From Candidatus Wildermuthbacteria bacterium (GTDB lineage Bacteria; Patescibacteriota; Minisyncoccia; Minisyncoccales; UBA10102), in contig JACPMK010000001.1 in NCBI GenBank assembly GCA_016186115.1, positions 1-35,317 of the forward strand: a DNA stretch of 35,317 nt, given 5' to 3'. Numbering within the stretch: position 1 is the stretch's first letter; each line of letters begins with the position of its first letter. Under the pieces are notes generated by a model. It did no database searches and was not told the origin of the DNA. It saw nothing but the letters and a program-made list of their open reading frames with translations. This document shows positions 1 through 7,899 of the stretch, piece by piece. A program made the position numbers and the translations under genes.

Positions 1-141
1 CAGAACCCATTTTGCGGAGAACCCCGATTGACCGCCTCCGCTTCGCTCCGGCGGGACGCTCGGGCGCGGCGGAATTCCCCCCACACCCCCCTTCCGCCGC
101 GCCCTCGCTTCTGGCATTCCGGCGAAAAAATCCGACGGCTA
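1..141 (+). repeat. 141-bp GC-rich structured repeat, copy 1 (may be truncated by window edge)
   Basis: Exact reverse complement of 3081..3221. Internal hairpins CCGCC-TCC-GC-TTC-GC-TCC-GGCGG (32-54) and a 13-bp stem GGGCGCGGCGGAA/TTCCGCCGCGCCC (62-74/92-104). Confidence 0.95.
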
Positions 142-186
142 CATTGAAAAAAGAATGGGAAGTTGATATGATTCTATTGCAAGTCA

Positions 187-221
187 TAAAATGTATTATA
201 TCACTTTCCATACATTATAAT
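187..221 (+). promoter_or_regulatory. Putative -10 box (TATAAT 216-221, near-leaderless) overlapped by an inverted repeat that may be the XRE operator
   Basis: TATAAT lies 5 nt before ATG 227. AATGTAT (190-196) and ATACATT (210-216) form an inverted pair. Confidence 0.4.
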
Positions 222-226
222 CTACT

Positions 227-427
227 ATGTCCACAATAGGCAAGAACATCAAGAAATTTCGGCAGGAAAAAGAGCTTTCGCAAGATAAGCTGTCTAAACT
301 TGCCGATTTATCACTCAATACGGTTGTTAAGATAGAACTGGATGAAAGCCCGAACCCGACCATTGAGACAATCCAAAAAATTGCGAAAGCTCTTGATGTT
401 TCGGTTGATGATCTCTTGAAAAAATAA
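227..427 (+). CDS. XRE/Cro-family helix-turn-helix regulator
   Basis: IGKNIKKFRQEKELSQDKLS...IE...NPTIETIQKIAKALDVSVDDL is a typical HTH_3 pattern. Confidence 0.9.
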   Translation: MSTIGKNIKKFRQEKELSQDKLSKLADLSLNTVVKIELDESPNPTIETIQKIAKALDVSVDDLLKK

Positions 428-428
428 T

Positions 429-1124
429 ATGAACAGACCATATACAACTTTATTTTTGTTAGTTTCAGTGGACGGAAAAATTTCTACTGGTGATACCGAC
501 ACAATGGATGTTGATAAGGATTATCCAAGAATTGATGGGGTGAAAGAGGGTCTGAAGCAGTACTATGATTTAGAGATGGAAACCGACCTATTCTCTCTAA
601 ACACGGGGCGCGTTTTTGCAAAAGTCGGAATGAACGAAAAGACGGACGAACCAAAGAAATTACCAGTTAGTTTTGTTGTGATAGATAACGAACCACACCT
701 GACAGAGAGGGGTGTTTCTTATCTTGCAAAGAAATCAAAAAATCTTATTGTCGCCACCACAAACAAAACTCATTCTGCCATATCGCTAAAAAATAAATTC
801 GATAACATTAGTGTTTTTGAATACCAAGGAAAAGTAGATTTTGGAGATTTATTTTCTAAATTGAAAGAACAATTTGGTGCGGAGAGACTTACTATTCAAT
901 CAGGTGGTACCCTAAATACCACTCTCGTTAGAGAGGGTCTAGTTGATCGTGTTTTTCTTGTGATAGCTCCTGCGCTTGTTGGTGGTAAAAACACCTCCAC
1001 ATTGATGGATGGCGAGTCTCTGCACGCTCCCGATGAGCTAAATAAAATCAAGGCTCTTGAATTGGTAGAGGCAAAACCCCTTAAAAATTCCTACCTGCTT
1101 TTGGAGTACAAAGTCAAAAATTAG
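429..1124 (+). CDS. RibD C-terminal / dihydrofolate-reductase-fold protein
   Basis: SVDGKI N-terminal motif, QSGGTLN, EGLVDRVFLVIAPALVGG. Confidence 0.85.
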   Translation: MNRPYTTLFLLVSVDGKISTGDTDTMDVDKDYPRIDGVKEGLKQYYDLEMETDLFSLNTGRVFAKVGMNEKTDEPKKLPVSFVVIDNEPHLTERGVSYLAKKSKNLIVATTNKTHSAISLKNKFDNISVFEYQGKVDFGDLFSKLKEQFGAERLTIQSGGTLNTTLVREGLVDRVFLVIAPALVGGKNTSTLMDGESLHAPDELNKIKALELVEAKPLKNSYLLLEYKVKN

Positions 1125-1125
1125 T

Positions 1126-1674
1126 ATGTCAATAAAAATCACTTATTTTGTTCACGGAACTACGACTGATAACGAACAACATATTTCCTCTGGCTGGAAA
1201 GATATTGAACTCTCGGAACTCGGCGTGAAGCAGTCCATAGAACTGAGAGAGCAGACCAAAGATAAAAATTTTGATGTCGTGTTCTGCTCTGATCTTAAAC
1301 GCGCTTATAACTCCGCAAAACTCGCTTGGGAGGGCATCTGCGACATTATTCCCGACGCACGGCTTCGTGAGTGCAATTACGGCACACTAAACGGGGCATC
1401 ATCGGACATTGTTGAACCCATGCAGGAGGACGAGGCAATCACGAAGCCGTTTCCAGGCGGCGAAAGTTATGAAGATGTTAAAGCCCGTGTCGCGGATTTT
1501 CTCGCGTTCCTAAAACAAAACTACGACGGTAAACACATCGCCATTGTCGCGCACAAAGCGCCACAACTTTCGCTGGATGTGCTCCTCAAGGGTAGGACAT
1601 GGAGACAAGCACTTGCCGAGGATTGGCGTAAGGCCAAAGCATGGAAACCAGGCTGGGAATATGAATTGGAATAG
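1126..1674 (+). CDS. Histidine phosphatase (phosphoglycerate mutase-like) family protein
   Basis: VHGTT (RHG variant), SDLKRA, LRECNYG, PGGESYEDV, IVAH. Confidence 0.85.
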   Translation: MSIKITYFVHGTTTDNEQHISSGWKDIELSELGVKQSIELREQTKDKNFDVVFCSDLKRAYNSAKLAWEGICDIIPDARLRECNYGTLNGASSDIVEPMQEDEAITKPFPGGESYEDVKARVADFLAFLKQNYDGKHIAIVAHKAPQLSLDVLLKGRTWRQALAEDWRKAKAWKPGWEYELE

Positions 1675-1676
1675 TT

Positions 1677-3083
1677 ATGGAAAAACAGATTATTACAATC
1701 GGATACATAATACCGACATTTGATGAAAATCATATTGATTTTTATAGCGGGGCGTCTTTGATGGATGCTGATATTCTACTAATTTCTCCAGAATCATTTG
1801 AGCCAAGGGGAGGTTATGGGAGTTGGATCGAATTTTCTTCAGGAGGAGGTTGCTACAATGCTTCAACATCAAGTGAATACGAGAAAAAAATATCTCATCT
1901 CAAAAAAGAAGTAACGGATTTTTTACAATCTGGAAAAAGTGTTTTTGTCATTTTGTCTAAAGAAGAAAGTCATCTACTTTCATCTGGCGTATCTCACCCC
2001 AGGAAAGGGGAAAATTTACACAGTACATATACGAAAACTAACTATGATTTTTTACCAATCAGTATTGGTACACTAGTGTCCGCCTCCGGGAAAAATATTG
2101 AATTTTCTGGAAACCCACTATTCAGCGATTTTCACGAAAAATTTAAGAAGAGTTTGGAATATCAGCTCTACATTGAGAATCCGGGTAGTGCTCAAGTGAT
2201 TTTTACCGGAAAAGACAAGACGAAAATTCTAGGTGCAATTTATAAAGTTAAAAATGGACATCTTGTAGTATTACCACTCATAAATTATGACGAGAAAAAA
2301 TTTACCGAACACAGGGGTAAGGGTAAAGAAAAGAAAGCATATTGGACAAAAGAGGCAATACAATTCGGCAAATCTCTAGTTAAAACACTTGTTGATGTAG
2401 ATAAAGCTCTTCGCAAAAGCGGAGACAGAACCCCACCTCCCGATTGGACTAGTCAAGCAGATTTTCAATTAACTCAAGAGCAGGTTTTACAGAAAGAGAT
2501 TGAGAAGAAATCAACGGAAATTGATAAGCTCATTTCGCAAAAAAGTGAATTACAGGAGAAAATAGAACAAGAAGTGAGATTGCGTGATTTACTTTTCGAG
2601 AAAGGAAAAATACTTGAAAATGCAATTAATATCGCATTGGAAATTTTGGGTTATACAGCGGAAAATTACAACGACGGAAACCTTGAAATAGATCATGTTA
2701 TCACTTCGCCGGAAAAAGATCGATTTATTGGTGAGGCAGAGGGAAAGGATACTTCTGCGGTAAACATTGAAAAATTCAGCCAGCTAACAAGAATCATTCA
2801 AGAAGATTTACGGAGGGAGGAAGTCGAAAATCCTGCAATTGGTATTTTGTTTGGGAATGGCTTTCGACTGACAAAGCCATCTGAAAGAGTAGAACAATTT
2901 ACGACCAAGTGTATTAGCACTGCGAAGTCATTAAATTGTGTTTTGGTGAGAACGCCCGATTTGTTCCGAGTCGCAAAATACGTAAAAGAGTCTAGGGACG
3001 ATTCTTTTGCGAAAAGCTGTCGAGATGTTATAAAAGATAGTATTGGGAAAATTGTTGATTTTCCTGAAATACCAAAAACATAG
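1677..3083 (+). CDS. Hypothetical protein with coiled coil and C-terminal PD-(D/E)xK-like nuclease-type domain
   Basis: Long AT-rich ORF. Coiled coil QKEIEKKSTEIDKLISQKSELQEKIEQE; LENAINIALEILGY...IDHVI...FIGEAEGK resembles a restriction/Mrr-like fold. Confidence 0.55.
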   Translation: MEKQIITIGYIIPTFDENHIDFYSGASLMDADILLISPESFEPRGGYGSWIEFSSGGGCYNASTSSEYEKKISHLKKEVTDFLQSGKSVFVILSKEESHLLSSGVSHPRKGENLHSTYTKTNYDFLPISIGTLVSASGKNIEFSGNPLFSDFHEKFKKSLEYQLYIENPGSAQVIFTGKDKTKILGAIYKVKNGHLVVLPLINYDEKKFTEHRGKGKEKKAYWTKEAIQFGKSLVKTLVDVDKALRKSGDRTPPPDWTSQADFQLTQEQVLQKEIEKKSTEIDKLISQKSELQEKIEQEVRLRDLLFEKGKILENAINIALEILGYTAENYNDGNLEIDHVITSPEKDRFIGEAEGKDTSAVNIEKFSQLTRIIQEDLRREEVENPAIGILFGNGFRLTKPSERVEQFTTKCISTAKSLNCVLVRTPDLFRVAKYVKESRDDSFAKSCRDVIKDSIGKIVDFPEIPKT

Positions 3084-3221
3084 CCGTCGGATTTTTTCGC
3101 CGGAATGCCAGAAGCGAGGGCGCGGCGGAAGGGGGGTGTGGGGGGAATTCCGCCGCGCCCGAGCGTCCCGCCGGAGCGAAGCGGAGGCGGTCAATCGGGG
3201 TTCTCCGCAAAATGGGTTCTG
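3081..3221 (-). repeat. 141-bp GC-rich structured repeat, copy 2 (inverted)
   Basis: Exact reverse complement of 1..141. Its first 3 nt on the + strand are the TAG stop of the 468-aa ORF. Confidence 0.95.
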
Positions 3222-3263
3222 ACCACCAAAATCCAAAATAACTATTCGAGTCAACGCTAATCT

Positions 3264-3845
3264 ATGCAAAAAAGAGTATTTTTAATTCACGGTTGGGACG
3301 GTTCGCCGGATAGCTGCTGGTTTCCGTGGCTCAAAAACGAATTAGAGCAGCGAGGTTTTGCGGTTGAAGTTCCGGCAATGCCCAATCCCGAAGCGCCAAA
3401 GATTGAGGAATGGATACAATATCTTTCGCAATTGGCAGGCGATGCCGACGAAAATACCTATTTTGTCGGGCACAGCATGGGATGCCGCGCCATTCTTGGT
3501 TTTCTGCAAGGGATCGATGAGGCAAAAAGGATTGGCGGGGCTGTTTTGGTTGCAGGATGGATTAGTTTGTCGCCGTACGCCTTTGAAAGCGAAGAGGATA
3601 AATTAGTTGCCCAGCCATGGCTTCAGATGCCGATTGATTGGGACAGAGTCAAAAAAGTAGGCAACAAATTTGTAGCGATTTTTTCCGATGACGATCCATT
3701 CGTTGCATTGGAAGAAAACAAAGCAACATACGAAGAAAAACTCGGCGCAAAAATAATCGTTGAGCACAACAAAGGGCATTTTAGCGACGACGCCGGCGTA
3801 AAAGAATTGCCCTCTGCCCTCGCCGCCCTTCTCGAAATTGCTTAA
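3264..3845 (+). CDS. RBBP9/YdeN-family alpha/beta hydrolase
   Basis: IHGW, WFPWL, GHSMG nucleophile elbow, SDDDPFV, GHF. Confidence 0.9.
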   Translation: MQKRVFLIHGWDGSPDSCWFPWLKNELEQRGFAVEVPAMPNPEAPKIEEWIQYLSQLAGDADENTYFVGHSMGCRAILGFLQGIDEAKRIGGAVLVAGWISLSPYAFESEEDKLVAQPWLQMPIDWDRVKKVGNKFVAIFSDDDPFVALEENKATYEEKLGAKIIVEHNKGHFSDDAGVKELPSALAALLEIA

Positions 3846-3872
3846 CTAAGTTAAGCAATTCTGCAGTAGTTT

Positions 3873-4229
3873 ATGGCAAAAATTTGGAAATTAAATTTGT
3901 ATCATCATATATTCCCTTACGTGGCGAACGGGGAGAAAACCGTGGAAGGTAGGGCATGGTCGGAAAAAAGAGATTATCGCAGAATGAGGCGCGGCGATAA
4001 AATTATTTTCAGCGATCTCGGCAGCGACAAAAAAGTTACTGCCGCAATCAAAAGCGTACAGCATTACAAAACCGTTCGGGAGTATTTGAAGAAAGAAGGA
4101 TTAAAAAAGTGTTTGCCGTGGGCAAAAGATTTGGCCGATGGCATCGGCATTTATTACGGCATTGCCGAGGACTGGGAAGAGCGCATCCGCCACGGCGGCA
4201 TCTTCGCAATCCGAATAAAAATGCTGTAG
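3873..4229 (+). CDS. ASCH-domain protein
   Basis: GEKTVEGR (GxKxxExR) and GDKIIF. Confidence 0.8.
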   Translation: MAKIWKLNLYHHIFPYVANGEKTVEGRAWSEKRDYRRMRRGDKIIFSDLGSDKKVTAAIKSVQHYKTVREYLKKEGLKKCLPWAKDLADGIGIYYGIAEDWEERIRHGGIFAIRIKML

Positions 4230-4265
4230 GATGAGGAAAAGATTTGGAGAAGTAGAGTTTAATCG

Positions 4266-4293
4266 AAAATTAAGAATTAAACATTAAAAATTC
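4266..4293 (+). repeat. Degenerate heptamer tandem array (4 units)
   Basis: AAAATTA AGAATTA AACATTA AAAATTC. Confidence 0.55.
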
Positions 4294-4299
4294 TGCAAT

Positions 4300-4839
4300 A
4301 TGTATATTCCCATTATTTTGGGCACGGCGAGAGAGGGAAGAAGGGCGGAAAAAGCTGCGAAATTTGTATTGCAGGAGGTTGCGAATGCAGGGATCGAAAC
4401 CGAACTTATTGATGTGCGCGATTTCCCAATTTCTGCAACCGGAGAGCAAGCGCCGGCATTGCAAGAACTTGGCGAAAAATTCAAGCGGGCAGACGGGTAT
4501 ATTATTGTAACGCCAGAGTATAATCACGGCTATCCGGGAGAATTAAAGCAGCTACTCGATTCTTTCTACAATGAGTATGCCAGAAAACCAATCGGGTTTT
4601 GCGGCGTCTCCGGGGGAATTCTGGGTGGTGCGAGGGCAATAGAGCAACTGCGACTGGTTGCGATTGAATTGCACATGGTGCCTATACGCGAGGCAGTGTA
4701 TTTTGGGAACATCAACAATCTTTTTGACGAGCAAGGGAATATTCAGGATCCCTCATGCGCAAAGAGAGTGCAGACCCTTTTAGGGGAGCTCTTGTGGTAT
4801 GCAAAAGCTCTCAAGCCGGCAAGAGAGGAAGGGCGTTGA
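4300..4839 (+). CDS. NAD(P)H-dependent FMN reductase (flavodoxin-like)
   Basis: GTAREGR, TPEYNHGYPGELK, GGARAIEQLR. Confidence 0.9.
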   Translation: MYIPIILGTAREGRRAEKAAKFVLQEVANAGIETELIDVRDFPISATGEQAPALQELGEKFKRADGYIIVTPEYNHGYPGELKQLLDSFYNEYARKPIGFCGVSGGILGGARAIEQLRLVAIELHMVPIREAVYFGNINNLFDEQGNIQDPSCAKRVQTLLGELLWYAKALKPAREEGR

Positions 4840-4864
4840 CAAGAAAAAGAGGGCATGGTATAAG
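4836..4864 (+). promoter_or_regulatory. Sigma70 promoter for nusA operon
   Basis: TTGACA-17 bp-TATAAG with extended -10 TG. Confidence 0.75.
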
Positions 4865-4879
4865 AAAAATCAGAAAGAA

Positions 4880-4899
4880 ATGTCCGCGCGAGCGGGCAT
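4880..4899 (+). promoter_or_regulatory. nusA leader hairpin (rimP/nusA-leader-like attenuator)
   Basis: ATGTCCGC-GCGA-GCGGGCAT stem with GNRA tetraloop and a weak T-tract, between promoter and nusA. Confidence 0.5.
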
Positions 4900-4944
4900 C
4901 GTTTTATAGAAAACGCAATTTTTAATTTATTTCTCAATTTATTA

Positions 4945-4972
4945 AAAATTAAGAACTAAAAATTAGAAATTT
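4945..4972 (+). repeat. Degenerate heptamer tandem array (4 units)
   Basis: AAAATTA AGAACTA AAAATTA GAAATTT. Confidence 0.55.
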
Positions 4973-4979
4973 TATCGGT

Positions 4980-6194
4980 ATGATCGATCTCAAAAGTTTT
5001 TCAGTTCTGCTTGATCAGATCGCAGAAGAAAAAGGTTTGAACAGGCAGCAAGTCATTGAGGCCATCGAGCAGGCAATTGCTGCTGCTTATAAAAAGGACT
5101 ACGGAAAACGCGGTCAGAATATCAAGGCAAAATTAAATCTGGAAACAGGCAAAGTTGAGTTTTGGCAGGAAAAACTTGTGGTGGATGAAAGCATGATTTA
5201 TTCCGAAGAAGAGCTGGAGCAGCTGAAAGAAAAAAGGGAACCGATTGAGGAAGAAGCAGAAGAAGGCAAGAAGATCAGGTTTAATCCCGAGCGCCATCTT
5301 ATGGTTGAGGAGGCAAAGACATTGCAGGAAGATGCAAAAGTGGGCGATGCCATTGAAATTCCTTTGGAAAGCAAAATGGATTATGGCAGAATCGCAGCGC
5401 AAACAGCAAAGCAAGTCATTTTGCAAAAGATTCGCGAGGCCGAGCGTTCTTCGATCTGGAATGAATTTAAGTCCAAAGAAGGAGAGCTGCTTTCCGGCAT
5501 TATTCAGCGCATCGAAGGAAGAGTTATTTTTGTAGACCTTGGCAAAACACTCGGAATTTTTCCAAAAGAAGAACATGTGCCGGGGGAGTTTTACCGCCCC
5601 GGCCAAAGATTGCGGTTTTACGTTTTGCGCGTGGAGGACAGCCCCAAAGGGCCAAGCGTGCTTTTGTCGCGGGCATATCCCAAATTTGTTTCCAAACTTT
5701 TTGAATTGGAAGTTCCGGAGATTCCTGCCGGCACCATTGAAATTAAATCAATTGCCAGAGAAGCGGGATCGCGTTCCAAGGTGGCGGCGGCATCTTCGGC
5801 AGAAGGAGTGGATCCGATCGGCGCTATGGTTGGCCAGCGGGGCACAAGAGTGGGGTCAGTGATCAATGAACTGGGTGGAGAAAAAATTGATATTGTGGAA
5901 TGGGCCGAGGATCCGGAACTTTTTGTTGCGCACGCGCTCTCCCCTGCCAAAGTGTTACAAGTCACTGTATTGCCGAAGAATCGGGTTATTGCTTTGGTGC
6001 CAGAGGATCAGTTGTCGCTCGCAATCGGGAAAGAAGGGCAGAATGTGCGGCTTGCTGCAAAACTTACTGGCTGGAAAATTGATGTGCGCACGCCCGAAGG
6101 CAAACAAGTTGAAATGGAGGAGGGGCAGGAAGAAAAACCCGACGAGCAAGCAGAAGAAAAAACAGAAGAGACAAAAGAAGAAACCCCCGCATAA
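4980..6194 (+). CDS. nusA: Transcription termination/antitermination factor NusA
   Basis: GRIAAQTAKQVILQKIREAER, S1 and KH domains (AREAGSRSKVA, LSLAIGKEGQNVRLAAKLTGWKID). Confidence 0.98.
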   Translation: MIDLKSFSVLLDQIAEEKGLNRQQVIEAIEQAIAAAYKKDYGKRGQNIKAKLNLETGKVEFWQEKLVVDESMIYSEEELEQLKEKREPIEEEAEEGKKIRFNPERHLMVEEAKTLQEDAKVGDAIEIPLESKMDYGRIAAQTAKQVILQKIREAERSSIWNEFKSKEGELLSGIIQRIEGRVIFVDLGKTLGIFPKEEHVPGEFYRPGQRLRFYVLRVEDSPKGPSVLLSRAYPKFVSKLFELEVPEIPAGTIEIKSIAREAGSRSKVAAASSAEGVDPIGAMVGQRGTRVGSVINELGGEKIDIVEWAEDPELFVAHALSPAKVLQVTVLPKNRVIALVPEDQLSLAIGKEGQNVRLAAKLTGWKIDVRTPEGKQVEMEEGQEEKPDEQAEEKTEETKEETPA

Positions 6195-6197
6195 AAT

Positions 6198-7220
6198 ATG
6201 GAATATTCTGTTCGGAGGACTCCGAAATCAAAAATTGAAATTGAGATCGTTCTTTCTCCTCAAGAATTGAAAGAATACGAGGAGAAGGCCTTAGAGGTAT
6301 TACGGAAAAATCTTTCACTCGAGGGGTTTCGTCCGGGAAATGTTCCCTTGGAAATTGCTCGTAAAGAATTGGGCGAGAGCCCCGTTCTGGAGAAAGCAGC
6401 AAAAGATGCGATTTCCGAAAGTTATGTCGAGGTTATCGGCAAGGAAAATCTCGATGTGATTGGGGAGCCAGAGATTATGGTCAAGAAATTTGCGCGAGAA
6501 AACCCCTTTATTTTTACGGTCGCAGTTTCTATTGTCCCCGAAGTTGCGCTGCCGGATTATAAAAAGATTGCCAAGCAAGTAGAAAGAAAGAATGTCGCAG
6601 TCCAAGATCAAGAGATTGAGGATACCTTGCGCTGGCTTCAAAGCAACAGAAAACAAGAGGGAGAGGAAAAATTGCCGGAGCTTGATGATGAATTCGCAAA
6701 ATCCCTTGGGGAATTTGAAAATATGGATGGCTTGCGAACGAGCATCAGGGCAGGGCTTACTGCAGAAAAAGAAACGCAAGAGAAAGAACGGGTGCGTCAA
6801 GAAATTTTGAATACTATTGCAAAAGAAACAAAAGTGGAGGTTCCAGATGTTTTGATTGAGCAGGAAAAACATCTCATGCTCGAAAATACCAAACAGGGAA
6901 CAGTTCAGATGTTTCAAATTACATTCGAAGAATATTTGAAGAAAATCAATAAATCAGAGGAAGAATTGTTGCAGTCCTTTCGCCAAGAGGCGGAAAAGCG
7001 GGTAAAGAATTCTTTGATATTGCGGGCAATTATCAAAAAGGAGAATATCGAGGCAAGCGCCCAAGAAGTTGAGGAAGAGGTGAATAAAGCGTTACAACGA
7101 TATAAAACTCCCCAAGCCGCAGAGAAAGAGATTGACCTTGCGCGACTTGTGCGGTATATGAAAAGTGTAATCGAAAATGAGAAAACCCTTCGTTTTCTCG
7201 AAGAGTTTGTACAAAAATAA
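6198..7220 (+). CDS. tig: Trigger factor, lacking the FKBP domain
   Basis: Ribosome-binding motif [21 protein letters not shown], position upstream of clpP. Confidence 0.92.
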   Translation: MEYSVRRTPKSKIEIEIVLSPQELKEYEEKALEVLRKNLSLEGFRPGNVPLEIARKELGESPVLEKAAKDAISESYVEVIGKENLDVIGEPEIMVKKFARENPFIFTVAVSIVPEVALPDYKKIAKQVERKNVAVQDQEIEDTLRWLQSNRKQEGEEKLPELDDEFAKSLGEFENMDGLRTSIRAGLTAEKETQEKERVRQEILNTIAKETKVEVPDVLIEQEKHLMLENTKQGTVQMFQITFEEYLKKINKSEEELLQSFRQEAEKRVKNSLILRAIIKKENIEASAQEVEEEVNKALQRYKTPQAAEKEIDLARLVRYMKSVIENEKTLRFLEEFVQK

Positions 7221-7234
7221 TTTTTTATAGAGCC

Positions 7235-7819
7235 ATGAATCTAACTCCTACTGTTATTGAAAAATCCCAATATGGAGAGCGGGCGTATGACATCTACTCG
7301 AGATTGCTCAAAGAGCGCATTATCTTTTTGGGAACGCCAATCAATGATTTGGTGGCGAATTCTATTATTGCCCAGATGCTGTTTTTGGCTTCCCGCGACC
7401 CAAAAAAATCCATTGAATTTTACATCAATACTCCTGGAGGGTTGGTGACCTCGGGTTTGGCAATTTATGACACCATGCAATATATCCAGTGCCCGGTTTC
7501 TACGGTGTGCGTGGGGATGGCTGCTTCCATGGGAGCAGTATTGCTTGCGTCAGGGACCAAAGGACAAAGATATGCCTTGCCCAATGCCCAGATTATGCTT
7601 CATCAGCCAATGGGAGGCGCGCAAGGGCAGGCAATTGAGGTGGAGATTGCGGCAAAGCAAATTGTGAAGATTCGGGAGCGTCTCAACGGTATTCTGGCGA
7701 AGCATACCGGGCAGCCCTATGAGAGAATTGAAAAAGATACGGATCGCGATTTTTACCTTACTGCCGAAGAAGCAAAGGCATACGGAGCAATCGATGAGGT
7801 AATCTTTTCCAAAAAGTAA
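7235..7819 (+). CDS. clpP: ATP-dependent Clp protease proteolytic subunit
   Basis: [19 protein letters not shown] (Ser), MLHQP (His), DRD. Confidence 0.98.
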   Translation: MNLTPTVIEKSQYGERAYDIYSRLLKERIIFLGTPINDLVANSIIAQMLFLASRDPKKSIEFYINTPGGLVTSGLAIYDTMQYIQCPVSTVCVGMAASMGAVLLASGTKGQRYALPNAQIMLHQPMGGAQGQAIEVEIAAKQIVKIRERLNGILAKHTGQPYERIEKDTDRDFYLTAEEAKAYGAIDEVIFSKK

Positions 7820-7832
7820 CCTCCGCCGGGTT

Positions 7833-7861
7833 TTGACATTCTCATGCGTTTTTGGTATGCT
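7833..7861 (+). promoter_or_regulatory. Sigma70 promoter for rny
   Basis: TTGACA-17 bp-TATGCT with extended -10. Confidence 0.7.
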
Positions 7862-7899
7862 GGAAATAGATATGTGTAGCCAATTGTTTCTCAAACAAT

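Noticed and set aside
12-239. 75-aa ORF and its twin at 3028..3210 (-) with identical N-termini
   Set aside because: Translation of the non-coding inverted repeat; Pro/Ala/Arg-rich and diverging exactly at the repeat edge.
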